Shown here piece after piece: positions 11,942 to 24,727 of a stretch of 64,000 nucleotides of DNA (within the stretch, counting starts at the first letter, position 1; each line of letters starts with the position of its first letter). The notes beneath the pieces were generated by a model that was not told where the DNA came from, made no database searches, and worked only from the letters and a program-made list of their open reading frames with translations. Source of the stretch: Octopus vulgaris (lineage: Eukaryota); the NCBI GenBank assembly GCA_951406725.2, contig OX597814.1, positions 151,094,001 through 151,158,000 on the forward strand. Direction: 5' to 3'. Made by a program: the position numbers and the translations under genes.

Positions 11942-14900
11942 AATTTCTTTATTGCCCACAGGGGGCCAAACACAGAAATGGACAAAACAACTGATTGGGA
12001 TCAGTAATACGTTATGATTTTACATAAAATATGAATATAAAAATTATTTTTTAAAAATCTAATGAAATTAAAAATACAGAGACAACACAGATGTAGCGAT
12101 GATCAGGCCAAACTCCGACCCCAAAAGCCCTGATCTATCGCTGGTATCTTTTTTTTGTTCTTTTATATCCTATTCACACGGTTCCTTGCACGCACAACAC
12201 TCGTGCAACATGCTTCCATCTCTTTCTAAACATACTCTCCTACAGACACCTCTTCTCCAGCCACACCTTCCTTTTCAAATGAAAAGTAAAATCTGATCTT
12301 AAATCGTGGCCGGAGATAAAGTTGCCTGTCTTAATTCCTTTTATCCTAGTCTTCCATACTGACTCTTCTGCTATTGCTACAACCGTGAGAAAACAATTCT
12401 TTCCTTCGTTTGTTAAAACTTCCGGTGAGTCAATTTTTATAATTGACTCAGCCGACAGCCGTACTCTTCCTTCGCCGGACAACAGGTGTTCAGCATAAGC
12501 TCACATTTCAGATATCTCCGGACACTGGACAATAGCGTGAGGGACGGTTTCCCTGTCTCCCCCACATCTTGGATAGGTCGGAAACTGACGCTTACCATGT
12601 CTTGCGTGCTTATTCCAAACGGGCAAGGCACCTCTGTAACATTACCTGGTCAAGGACTTTTGGAAGTTGTCCAACGTACTCAACCCGAATGTACAATGGA
12701 ACAGGCTGTCCAGTTGAATATACCCGAGACCTAGAGTCGCCCCCAGGCCATCGTCACATTCAGACTCTACCAACTCACTATATAAAATTCGTGTAGAGCC
12801 CACATCGCTGGCGTTGCCCGAGCCCGGAATAGCAGGATGGCCTTACGGCACTCTTTATGTAATTCACTCCACCTCCGTCTACGAAAACACCAGGCTTCCT
12901 GTTCGCAATAACTTTTGATCTCGGGGGAACATTTGTCTGGCCAGCGGAGACCACACCCGTTCACCATCCAGGAGAATCCAGAGATGCCTCAACATCCACG
13001 CATACCTGCGCATCATTAACAAAGGCATCCTTAAACCTCCCTTTAACGGCTTTTGACAACAGACAGAGCGTTTCACAAGTGGCGACCTGCCCTTCCACAA
13101 AAAGCGAAAGAGCTGTCTCTCCAACCTGATCAACCATGAATCCGGACAGGGCACGACGGTCAGGCGGTAGGTAATGACCGATGCGATAAACACAGTGGCC
13201 ACTTCTGCCCTCCCTTTCAGGGATAGCCACCGACAATACTAGGTCTTGACTACTTCAGCCACCCTGCTCGAAACCTCCGTCCAGTTCTTCTCTATCCGGA
13301 GGCCTGGTCCAAACCAGACTCCCAGCAAGTTAATCGGTCCCTCTGTCCAGCGCCGAACAACGCTGTCTGTCAACCCAGGTGCCGAGCTGCAAGCCGACCG
13401 ACTTTTCCCGGCTAATTCGTGCTCCTGCCACCGTCTCGTAAACCTCAATAGCCTTACCCACTTCACGTAGGTGTACTGCTGTGGTTACGCTTATAGTGGT
13501 ACCGTTCGCGTACGCTGTAACAAACTACTCTAAACCTGGTTCTCTCGGGATGTCACTCAACCTTCGCAGTAGAGACTCAAGAGTCACCACATACAAAAGT
13601 GATGAGAGCTGACATCCTTGACGAACCGAGCGCCTGATGCAGAACGGCTTCGAAAGGAAGCCGTAACCCGAACTATCGAGTCAATGTTGCGATACACCTG
13701 AGGAAGTCAAGGCCTAGGCCGAACCGTACAAGCACAGTCGCCAGGTATCGATGGTCAACCCTATCAAAAGCTTTAGACTGGTCCAAATGTACCAATGCCC
13801 GACCTTTGCCAGATTTATCACCAACCCTCTCTATGGTATAGCGAGTAAGGTGGAGATTATCCTGAATGGTTCTGCCTGGGATAGCACATGCCTGTGCCTC
13901 CCCGACTATACCATTCGCGACATGCGCCAACCTTTTTGCAAAGACCTAGGCCAAAATCTTCACTTCTGCGTTTAACAGAGTGATGGGCTTAAAGTTATCT
14001 AAAACGTTCCCCCTGTCCGGGTCCTTTCTGACCAACGTCACTACTTACCGGCACACAGATATGAGGATAAACCCATTCTGTTGCTAGTTCGCGTACATGT
14101 CAGCCAGTAGGTGCCCGAACAAGTCTGGCTTACATTTATACAGCTCGTACGGAAGACCATCAAGTCCCGGTGACTTCACCTCCGCAGGTGCGATCGGCCT
14201 TTCACAAGACTTCGCATCCGACCCCCGAACAGCTGGGCGGAGTACTCCCGAAAGGCCTCACACATTTCCTCAGGCTGGTTTACCAAATCACCATTTAGAT
14301 TCATCAAAGACCGAATAGTAAAATTGTTTCCTTATCGAGCTTCCACCACAGCGGCCTTGATACCTTCACTTCCCATCGCATGTGTTGGGCTTCAAGATGC
14401 TAGTTCAATTCCAGTCTCTTCACCTTCACTTGGTCCGCATTACCAGTCCTCCAGGCGTCTTCTACTTCCTTTACTAGACCATCACTTATTCTACGTCCCT
14501 TCTTAGCTAAACTTATGCTAAACCTAATAGACTCATATTCTATGGCTCTTTTTAGGGCGTACCCCCATTTGTTATTAATGATTGTACTTGTCAATGCCCT
14601 CTGTATTAACATCTCGATCCGCTTTCTGTACTCCTCAATCGACTAAAGGGACGTATTGAGTTTCCAGTTGCCAGATTCCTGTCTATGCAACTTATCTACT
14701 GTCAGCTAATAGGTAACCATCTTGTGATCACTGTAGCTGACTAGATAAAAGTGTGGACACTTAGCTATGGACTTATCTGTTTTTATAATTAAAGCCCTAT
14801 CTAGATATGTTCTAGAAGACCCGTCACTATTTGACCACGTCCACTGTGGAGTGTTCGGGTGTTCCAACCTATATGGGTCTGTCAGCTAAAAGTGACTTAG

Positions 14901-16178
14901 CAGATCCCGTAAGCCAGGCTTACATTTTCTATTCATGTTCGAGCAAACACAATCTGTGTGCGCGTCACAGATTGTGTTTAAAGTCTCCTATCAGTACTAG
15001 TGAATGCGACGTGGCCAGGAACTTGTCCAGGCCACGAAAATATTCACTTTGCGAGCCCATAACGTTGGGTGCATAAATTGCAACCAGCCTGATTTTCTTG
15101 CTACCACTGAATATCAGGTCGAGAACGACCAACCTGCCTTCCGGATTAGAAAAAAAACAACTTTTTCTCGGCTACCCGGTTTCTTTTTAGTAGGATCAAC
15201 ACATCAACCCACCTCCCGCCTGACTCGGAGAAACTTATTTCTCATATCTGTTCAGGATGGGGAGCAGATTTCTTGGCTCATTCACCCAGTTTCCCGTTGC
15301 AACAATCACATCCAATTTTCTTGACCTGCTGTCATTTAGAAAGCGCCCATGCTTCCAGCTATACATCAGGCCACGAACATTTACACAACCAGTGTGAATA
15401 GACATTACTTACATATTTATTCTGGGGTGTCCTGTGGAGAGCGCCTCTCTACCTTTTCTTGACATAGGGTCGGAGGTGGCAAGTCTTGAAAAATGAATGG
15501 ATTAAAATCCAATCTCATCATCCACATCGACTTTCTTTCTATACGTGTTAAGTAATACATTGAGTCTTTTTATCCATTTCGTAGAACTCGTAGTTCTTAT
15601 ATTTATCAGAAAGTTCTGCAATCCAAGCGGCTGATTTTTTCGCTTTTATTTCTCTCATTAAATCTTCATTTTTGCTGTATAACGCGACTATCCTTCTGTC
15701 TTCTGCTTCCTTCCTTACAATTTTAGTTTGTCTTCGCAGTTTCTTTTTGTCTTAATTCGACCTGTTTTTGTTGATTTGAGCTTTCCATTTTTCTCTTGTT
15801 GTTAGTTGCTTTCTTTTCTTCTGTTTCTTTCTCTCTCCTCTTCCTCACCATCGGATTCTTCCTCGCCGTCTCTATAGTGTTTTTATATGGCCCAGCTGGC
15901 CACACTGGAAACATCGGGGCTTACGCACCTCGACGAATACGTTAAGGAATTCTTCCCCAATTTCTATTTTCTCCGGTAACTTTTCTAAAATTGACTGTTC
16001 TGCTTGTATTAGGAGGTGAACCGTTTGACCGGTTCAATAAGCCTTTTCTGTGACGGTAGCCTGCAGGATGAAGGGCAAAGTCGACCTCGGCGGAATTTGA
16101 ACTCAGAACGTAACGGCAGACGAAATACGGCTACGCATTTCGCCCGGCGTGCTGACGTTTCTGACAGCTCGCCACCTT
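11942..16178 (-). mobile_element. Near full-length, frameshifted L1/Tx1-like LINE with a SINE-type 5' head
   Basis: APE start GCVNVRGL (about 15400), RT motifs PGRTIQDN, LDQSKAFDRVDH and GCQLSSLLY, then RLERQLFRFLWKG...GGL and a C-terminal zinc knuckle (about 12550). Lys/Glu-rich ORF1 remnant at 15720-15915. 16065-16178 is SINE family 1 head sequence. Confidence 0.85.
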
Positions 16179-18664
16179 TCGGACTTAATATCATTTCGGA
16201 CACTGAGACCTGGCAAGTAGACATTTTAAGAATAGTTGTTTATCAATCCCGTATTCAATTTCTTTTTTTTTTTTTTACCTCTCAACGTCCTTCAAAGGAT
16301 TATCAATTCTGTGTAATTCAGAGAGATTTAACGCTCATGCTCTTGCTATCTGAAATTTGTGAAGTGTTATAATCAATTGCTAATCGAACGCAGTTCGTAG
16401 AGAATTCACTTGATGAGTACTATCAACACTACGGTACTTGCTGACAATATATCATCGGTATAATTACCGCTGCCTGTTGCATTTTTAATTAAACACGAAC
16501 TAGTGCTAAAAATAAAATGCATCCTTATATTTAAAGACTGTAGTAGTCATTGTTAACCTACATCTAAAATTGAATAGCTTCAGAAATTGTACGATAACAG
16601 GGAAACATTCATATCTAGTATCGTCCGTGACTTAAGAAGGATAAAACATAGTTTCCATAACGATAGCTGCTTTGTTCACTTTTAATGTAGGCCTCTCTCT
16701 CTCTCTTTCTTCCTTTCGTATTAATGTTGTTTGACATCATAAAATGTATGGCTCAAATCTTCACTTCCTTAAATATGCTTTAGTTCTTTGTATCCAGTTT
16801 GTATTCATATATTTTCATTTATTTCCTTGTTTTATGTTTCAATAAAAAAAATAGCAAGATATGGGTCAGTGTTGTGTACTTTCTAACCATTGAAGCATGC
16901 ATTAAGAGTTTTAATTAAGTAAATTATGTGACTTTTATCTTCTCAATGAAATTATTTCTTGTATAATTTCTTGTCGAGTGTTTCCGAATAACTTTTTCAA
17001 TAACATTTTAATACAATCCATTAAAGATAATTACTTCTTGTCTCGTCAAAAAATGCAATCGCTTTGAATTTTTTTCCACATTAATTTTTGTTTGCTTTCA
17101 CTGTATTTCATGCTTGTGTGTTTAGCTTTCGTTTGCTTACTTTGGGTTGTTTATTTATCTTTCACTTGCTTCCTTTACTTTCAATTAAAATCCACTTATT
17201 TTTCATGAGATTCTGCTTGAGATACGTAGTATTTCAGAGGCCAATTATAAAATCAAAGTTTATCAATTTGTTCCACATATTTTATTACAACTACGAGGTT
17301 TATATTTAGATAAAAGTATTTACTTTTAATAAACTTTAAAACAAATGTTACTTTGATGAAGGATGTATTTTAGAGTTCAAGTAAAATATATTGACTAATA
17401 TGCTGCATATTATACAATATAATCAACGATTGTTCCCAACTGCTTTCAACCAACATGACTTAATATAACATATTTTTCTAACATCGCATCTTTACGTGGT
17501 TTTAAATCTACAGTCCAAATTTTTTACCACTTCAATTGCAGTTCTGTTAATCTAATTACATAGATGAGATCGGTCAGCGACTGGTTAACCACTTCTGTAG
17601 GCAACTGTCAAATGTCCACAATACCGTACGTGATTGTGAAATCCATAATTAATCACTTCAAGTCATCTAGCTATTTCCCCTCACAACTTCACCGTCTACA
17701 GTTTACCAGCACCATGGTCCACTCAGTTGGCAGCCCACCAGCATAGCGAACAGCGGTTCAATTTCAAATTAGGAAACTCGAGCCCTAACAGTTTGAATAC
17801 TCATATACTGTAACTCCGTCATTCATACTATCCGATCTTCCGACCGTCCCCGTGAATTTTTCCATCTCATTTCCTTACTTGTTTATTCTTTAAAACTGTG
17901 TTTGTGTCCATCTCTGTCTGAGACACAACACACAACCAGCCCTTCCTCCCATGACCTATCACACCATCCACTTCCCATTGTTAGCAAACTCATACCACAC
18001 TCCTTTCCTCTCGCAAGCTTTTCTACACTCTCTTCCTTCACATTCCACACAATTAACTATCTGTCTGATTCACTGTAACTACCTCTCCGTCGTGCTTCCA
18101 GTCGTAGCCTTTTCTTCCTTCACTTCTTTACCTGGCACGTCGGCATGGGTATGAGACGATGTGCCGCTACTGTTTTGGTGCCGTCTAGTTGGCGTTGCTG
18201 ATTCAACACTGACTTATCTGACATGAGGGATTTTGTCCCCGGGATCTTTTGGCACAGTGAGAATTTTGATTTATTGTAGTCGACAAATTGTAATCACAAG
18301 TACTAAACAACACGATTAGTAAATTATATTTCACTTTCTACTTCACTTAATATACGTATATGTAGATGTCTGGTGAAATATTGACAAAATGCGGATTTTT
18401 TCCTCGCTATGAATTTCTGAATACTTTGATAAAGTAGAACTGACAGTGAATTTAAATGTTGGTGTTGTGGACATAAAAATCGCTGAGAGGAAAAAAGAGA
18501 AACATTAATTATTACCGATTGCTGCAGAACTTGTGTGTGTGTAGGTGTGTGTGTAGGTGTGTGTGTGTGTGTGTGTAGCATATTTCTTTTGTATGAGTAT
18601 CAGGAAAGGGTAAGTGTTCATGTCAATCGGGTTCAATTAATAAATTCTATTGCGTGTATGTGTA

Positions 18665-18723
<59 letters not shown>

Positions 18724-19139
18724 TTTCTCTCTCTCTCTCTTAAGAAAGTATGATGTTGAAGAAATGCGTGTTGTGGAGAAATATCGCTATAAACGGCAAT
18801 TAGGAAACTGTTAATCAAAAGGAGAATGAGCTTAAATTTAAAATTAATAAAATGAAGATTCGATATCGCTAACTTACTGAAAGGAGGAAATTGATTACCA
18901 CAATTCCGTGCTAACTATACATTTGCAATGATCGCTCGAAATATTGTTGATGTCAATGTAGAATTAGCAATTATATATACAGGGGTGCTAAAGCCTAATT
19001 AATTAGTAGCGTACCAAAATGTACAACAGAGGCATCTAAATAACATGCAATCGCTAATAGGTTTGGAGAAACCTACACATCTACTTCCAGAATGTATTCT
19101 AAATTCAAATACAAGAACAAAAAGTGACTAGAAATGTTG

Positions 19140-19888
19140 CTTTCAAATTTTGATACAAGGCCAATAAGCTCGGGGGTGGGAGTAAGTCGACTTCATCGAC
19201 CCCGGTGCTAGCTCGTACCTATTTTATCAACTCCGAACGGATGAAAGGCAAAGTCGACCACGGTGGAAGTTAAACTCAGAACGTAAGGTCAAACGAAATA
19301 CCTATTTCTTTACTACCCACAAGGGGCTAAGCACAGAGGGGACAAACAAGGACGGACAAACAGATTAAGTCGATTATATCGGCCCCAGTGCGTATCTGGT
19401 ACTTAATTTATCGACACCGAAAGGATGAAAGGCAAAGTCGACCTCGGCGGAATTTGAACTAAGAACGTAACGGCAGACGAAATACCTATTTCTTTACTAC
19501 CCACCAGGGGCTAAAGATAGGGAACAAACAAGGACAGACAAACGGATTAAGTCGATTATATCGACCCCAGCGCGTAGTTGGTACTTATTTATCGACCCCG
19601 AAAGGATGAAAGGCAAAGTCGACCTCACCGGAATTTGAACTCAGAACGTAACGGCAGACGAAATACCTATTTCTTTACTACCCACAAGGGACTAAACACA
19701 TAGGAGACGAACAAGGATTAAGTCGATTACATCGATTCCAGTGCGTAACTCGTACTTAATTTATCGCCCCCGAAAGGATGAAAGGCAAAGTCGACCTCGG
19801 CGGAATTTGAACTCAGAACGTAACGGTAGACGAAATACCGCGAAGCATTTATCCCGTCGTGCTAACGATTCTGCTAGCTCGCTGGCTT
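19140..19888 (-). mobile_element. SINE family 1 array: one head, three young units and the body of an older SINE
   Basis: Units 19303-19486, 19487-19667 and 19668-19839; each tail is joined to the next body at cgaaatacc|tatttctttactacccac. A single A-box head lies at 19840-19888 and an older-tail body at 19140-19302. Confidence 0.9.
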
Positions 19889-20434
19889 AGAAATAAGAAA
19901 TTATGATTTCAATTTTTGGTACCAGGTCATTAAGTTATGAGGAAGGGTTAGTCGATTACATTGAACTCCCACCCACCCCGAGCTCAAATGACGCTTTTCT
20001 ATCGACCCCGAACTGTGGAAAGGCAAAGTCGAGGTAAAGACGGCGGAAATGCCGCTAAATTAAGAGTGTTAACAGGTATCACAGTTAAACCTCCCACACA
20101 GTACTTTGTGACCCACTTCTTTAAACATTAATGAATAAAATGCAATGTCTACGAGGATAGGAAAACAAACATTTAGACAGAAAACATTTCCTCCAGTTTG
20201 ATTTGATAAATCCGTATTTTCAACTTTTGAAATCTGTGTATTTTGAAGTACATCTCTGTTGTGTTTGTGTATATAAGATATATATGTGTGTGTGTGTCTG
20301 TGTGTCTGTGTGTGTGTGTGTGTGTGTTTGTGTGTGTGTGCGCGCGCCTATATATATGTGTGTGTGTGCCTGTATATATATATATGAATGTGTGTATGCC
20401 TATATATGTGTGTGTATGTGCCTATTCATATATA

Positions 20435-20637
20435 TTGGGTTGGTGCAAACAATAAAAACATGTAACAAAAACACCTTTAATTCATTATTCCAGAGCATAT
20501 TCACCATATACTTCAATTACTGGTTCCCATTTGCTTGGCAGACGGTCAGGCTATCGTTTAAAAATGTTTTTGTTAAATATTGCTATGGCTGAATAAAATT
20601 TGTTGAAAAAAGCCGCAGTAATTATGCACCAACCCAA
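20435..20637. mobile_element. Mariner-type MITE
   Basis: TIRs ttgggttggtgca / tgcaccaacccaa with TA on both sides. The right TIR resembles Hsmar1/MADE-type TTAGGTTGGTGCA...TTGCGG. Confidence 0.75.
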
Positions 20638-20740
20638 TATATGTGTATATATATATGTGTATGTCTATATACATATGTATGTTTGTGTGTCTGTATACAT
20701 ATGTGTGGGAGTGTGTGCCTTTTATATATATATATATATA

Positions 20741-21535
20741 TAAAAACGGCAGTTTGTCTGTGTGTCTGTGTGTCTGTCAGGTTGTACCCTCACCCTGACC
20801 ACGGCTTTCAACCGATTCTGATGAAACTTGACACACACATAGCCCAATGTCATAATTCAAAAACTAACGCAGCGAAAATTTTGAAAAGTTCCCCCAGTTC
20901 TGAAAATAAATCGATAAATTCGACATGGGTCGAGAATCTAAGCTTTTTATATGCAACACATTTTCTACAGACTGTCTAGGGGACGCAACTCGACCTTTTT
21001 AACTCTCGGAACACGTGGGGTAAGTATCCCAAAATGTATAAAAATGTACAAAAACGGCAAAAAAGCGGGCAGCAATGTGAGTGACAACAACAAAAAAGTC
21101 AAAAGTGACCAAACTGAACAAACGAATGGAAAAGGTTTTTTTGGTGCACACGACAAAAGCGGTTTATAATAAACCAAGAGTTTGCAAGTAGCGTCCGAGG
21201 ACCCTTAGGGTACGTCGAAAATTTAAGGTAAAACGTTTGGGGTGGTAGTTATAAAGAAAGTGTAAACAAAAAAAGTATTCGAATAACTTGCGGCTGCAGC
21301 AGCTATTAGCAGAAGTGGCGGTGTTGGGGGTAAAGTTTCGAATGTAATTTCTTCCTGGTAGGAATTGGTTGGGTTGAATTATCGATAGCTGTTTGATAGT
21401 TATTTGGGAGTGAAGAGAAGACATTGCAACCTACACATGCGCCTTCGTTCCCTAGAGAGAATGGACCAGATTGGGATTAGTCGTTGCCCACTAGGGGCTC
21501 TTACATACCCGGGCAACGCCGGGCTATGCTGCTAG
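20741..21535 (+). mobile_element. Non-autonomous Helitron-like element
   Basis: Starts in (TA)n with internal (GTCT/GTGT)n. Ends with hairpin CCCGGGCAACGCCGGG (21508-21523) and CTAG followed by T. Confidence 0.75.
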
Positions 21536-21549
21536 TATATATATATATA

Positions 21550-21918
21550 CAGTCCACTCAAGCCCAGCAGAAGTCAGCAGTGGTGTCCCTCAGGGCCCGC
21601 TCCTCTTTATAATGTATATAAACGACCTTTCTGGCGTTGTAAAACACAGCAACGTGAAGACGTTGGCTAATGCCAGTAAGCTCCAGAAAATCATCAATGA
21701 AGAACAAGACCGAACTCAACTCCAGTCTCATCTACATGCGGTGAGACAATGGACACACAAAGACAGAATGCATGTAAACGAGGAAAAATTTGAGCAGATG
21801 CATTTTGTAAAAAAGACTATGCTAAAACAACCATACTCTCTTCCTTAGGGGAAACTTTTCACAGCATCTAATAATATCAGAGACCTCGGAGTAATTGTTG
21901 ATAACAATCTCAGTTGGA

Positions 21919-21956
<38 letters not shown>

Positions 21957-22121
21957 ATTATTATTATTATTAGGCTTCTATTCAAATTAATAACGGTTTT
22001 ATCCGTCAGATACACAATAATCACAGAACATACCTATTAGATATTTCAAACAATGTTATTTTTAATCAGTAACTTTAAACGCATATATATATACATATAC
22101 ATATATATATGTGTGTGTGTG

Positions 22122-22204
<83 letters not shown>

Positions 22205-22306
22205 ATATAATATATGTATATATATATATATTCATGTGTATATATATATATGTATATATATATATTCATGTGTATATATATATATGTATATATATATATT
22301 CATGTG

Positions 22307-22338
<32 letters not shown>

Positions 22339-22384
22339 CATGTGTATATATATATGTATGTATATATATATATATATTCATGTG

Positions 22385-22418
<34 letters not shown>

Positions 22419-22905
22419 CATGTGTATATATATATATGTATGTATATATATATATATATATTCATGTGTATATATATATATATATATCTATATATGTATA
22501 TGTATATATGTATAAGTAAATACATATATATGTGTATATATATATGTACATATATATGTGTGTATATATATATATATGCATATATATATAAATATATATG
22601 TAAGTATATATGTATGTATATATATATATACGTATTTCACCTCAATTGGACCCGCTGTCTTCAACATTACACCAGGACACGTCAAAACAGAAACTGACCA
22701 CACAAAATTCAAGAAGTCTTTGGACAAATTCCTTCAAACAGTCCCGGACAAACCAAACACACCCGGATATGTCTCCGCAAACAATAACTCTCTGCTCGAA
22801 TGGGCTTTGGTGCCCAAATCCTGAATTGAAAGACTTCGCCAGGTGGTGCTATTAAGTTAGACATGGCCTGGGCCAATACTGGCCAAAACCTTTCTAAACC
22901 TTTCT
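21550..22905 (+). mobile_element. CR1-group LINE fragments (21550-21922 and 22632-22905) separated by TA-rich repeats
   Basis: SGVPQG, MYINDL, degenerate ADD (LANASK) and RDLGVIVDNNL, then GPAVFN...KFKKSLDKFLQTVPDKP. Confidence 0.75.
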
Positions 22906-22973
22906 AAGTTATATATGTATATACATATGTATATATATATATATATGTGTATGTATATATATGTATGTATGTA

Positions 22974-23020
<47 letters not shown>

Positions 23021-23191
23021 ATAGGTATATATATATATATATATATATAGATATATGTATGTATAAAATATGTATATGTGTATATGTATAAATATATGTA
23101 TATATATATATATAAAATATGTATATGTGTATATATAAATATATGTATATATATATATATATATATACATACACATGTATATATGTATATA

Positions 23192-23236
<45 letters not shown>

Positions 23237-23470
23237 CATATGTATATATATTTACATATATATATATATACATGTACATATGTATATATATTTACATATA
23301 TATATATATACATGTACATATGTATATATATTTACATATATATATATATACATGTACATATGTATATATATTTACATATGTATATATATTAACATATATA
23401 TATATATATAAATATATATATATGTACGTATATATGTATATGCATATATATTGATATATATGTGTATATA
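22080..23470. repeat. Compound (TA)n microsatellite/minisatellite field
   Basis: Higher-order units tattcatgtg(ta)n at 22228-22470 and a 40-bp unit catgtacatatgtatatatatttacata(ta)n at 23231-23380. Confidence 0.9.
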
Positions 23471-23755
23471 TGTATACCCTACTCCCTCAATATCTAAAAC
23501 TTCATTTTCTTAAGGAGGTGTTTGTTTGCAACATGCGTTTTAAGGAGGGTGAATATTGATTCAAAAAATTAATACATATGGTAGCCATTTTGGTGGGAAA
23601 ATAATAGTTGATTATATCGAGCTAATATTTGACTGGAATTTATTTTATCTATCAATGATGAAAGTAAAGTCAATTTCCACAGAAATAGAAGTCAGAGCAT
23701 AAAGGGCTATAACAAATACCGCAGAGCTCTTTGGTACTTTATTGACTTTGTTAAT

Positions 23756-23855
23756 NNNNNNNNNNNNNNNNNNNNNNNNNNNNNNNNNNNNNNNNNNNNN
23801 NNNNNNNNNNNNNNNNNNNNNNNNNNNNNNNNNNNNNNNNNNNNNNNNNNNNNNN
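23756..23855. other. Assembly gap (100 N)
   Basis: Run of exactly 100 N, typical of a gap of unknown size. Confidence 1.
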
Positions 23856-24305
23856 TGTACAGAAGACATGAAACATTCTAGTTTCATGTCAATGTCTGGT
23901 GTGGAGAGACATTCCGGCCAGTCCTCTCTGAGGATCTCTTTTTGGATCGATTTCCAATCTGCTTTGTGGAAGTTCAGATTGGAGAGATTTCGGGTGCTTC
24001 CTTTAGGCTGTATGTCTCTGGTTACTTTCGGCCCAAACATAGACAGCTCTATTATGTTGTGATCCGAAACTAATGTCGGTGTCACTTTCACATCATGAAT
24101 GATGTCCATATTGTTCGTGAAGCAGAGATCCAGAATGTTATTCGCCCTAGTTGGTTTGAGTACAACTTGCTCCATGAATAAGGCATTGGTGAGGTTGAGC
24201 AGGGACTCCACCTGTACTTGCTTGCAATGAGTCATTCCTGCGAGTATGAGACCTTCGGGCCATTTGACGTTGGGAAAGTTGAAATCAAACATAAGAAATA
24301 TGGTC
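23856..24305 (-). mobile_element. CR1-group LINE endonuclease fragment
   Basis: DFNFPNVKW, PTRANNILDLCFTN and SDHNII are APE endonuclease motifs. Confidence 0.85.
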
Positions 24306-24339
24306 ATGTGTTTACTCCGGTATATATATATATATATAT

Positions 24340-24682
24340 ATATTATTAGTGAATGGAATAAATGGAGTTGAACGAAGATTGTACAGAATACCTTTTATTA
24401 CATTCTACACATGTTTCGAAGGCCTTATTTAAACAGAATTTGGAAATGTGTGGCCTTCGAAACATGTGTAGAATGTAATAAAAGGTATTCTGTACAATCT
24501 TCGTTCAACTCCATTTATTCCATTCACTAATAATATTAAATTTCAATTATCCGCTCCAACGCACGGTTGCAACACCAAATGGTCTTATCTCCAACCGTGC
24601 TATTTTCCGCTGTGATTTTTGCTACCCAGGTATCGGTTAAACCTTTGAATAATCTGTTACAAGAAAATTCATCTTTCTATTT

Positions 24683-24686
<4 letters not shown>
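24340..24686 (+). mobile_element. Short fold-back element (85-bp inverted arms), probably a PLE terminus
   Basis: 24340-24424 is the reverse complement of 24452-24536, with a 27-nt spacer. Flanked by (TA)n and contains GAAA-CATG-T. Confidence 0.65.

Positions 24687-24727
<41 letters not shown>

Noticed and set aside
11877-16128. The 65-bp SINE segment on both sides of the Tx1-like LINE as a target-site duplication
   Set aside because: The copies differ at about 10 positions and match different SINE subfamilies, and the length far exceeds the 11-13 bp TSDs seen here.
17500-18290. GC-richer stretch that might be an exon or LTR
   Set aside because: I found no recognisable protein motif, terminal repeat or splice-site pair, so it is left unassigned.
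19140-19888. Repeat array that superficially resembles CRISPR
   Set aside because: Units are about 180-bp SINE bodies with no unique spacers and no cas genes, in a eukaryotic context.
23645-24307. 220-aa ORF as a single gene
   Set aside because: It reads through the 100-N gap. Only 23856-24305 is a real (LINE endonuclease) fragment.
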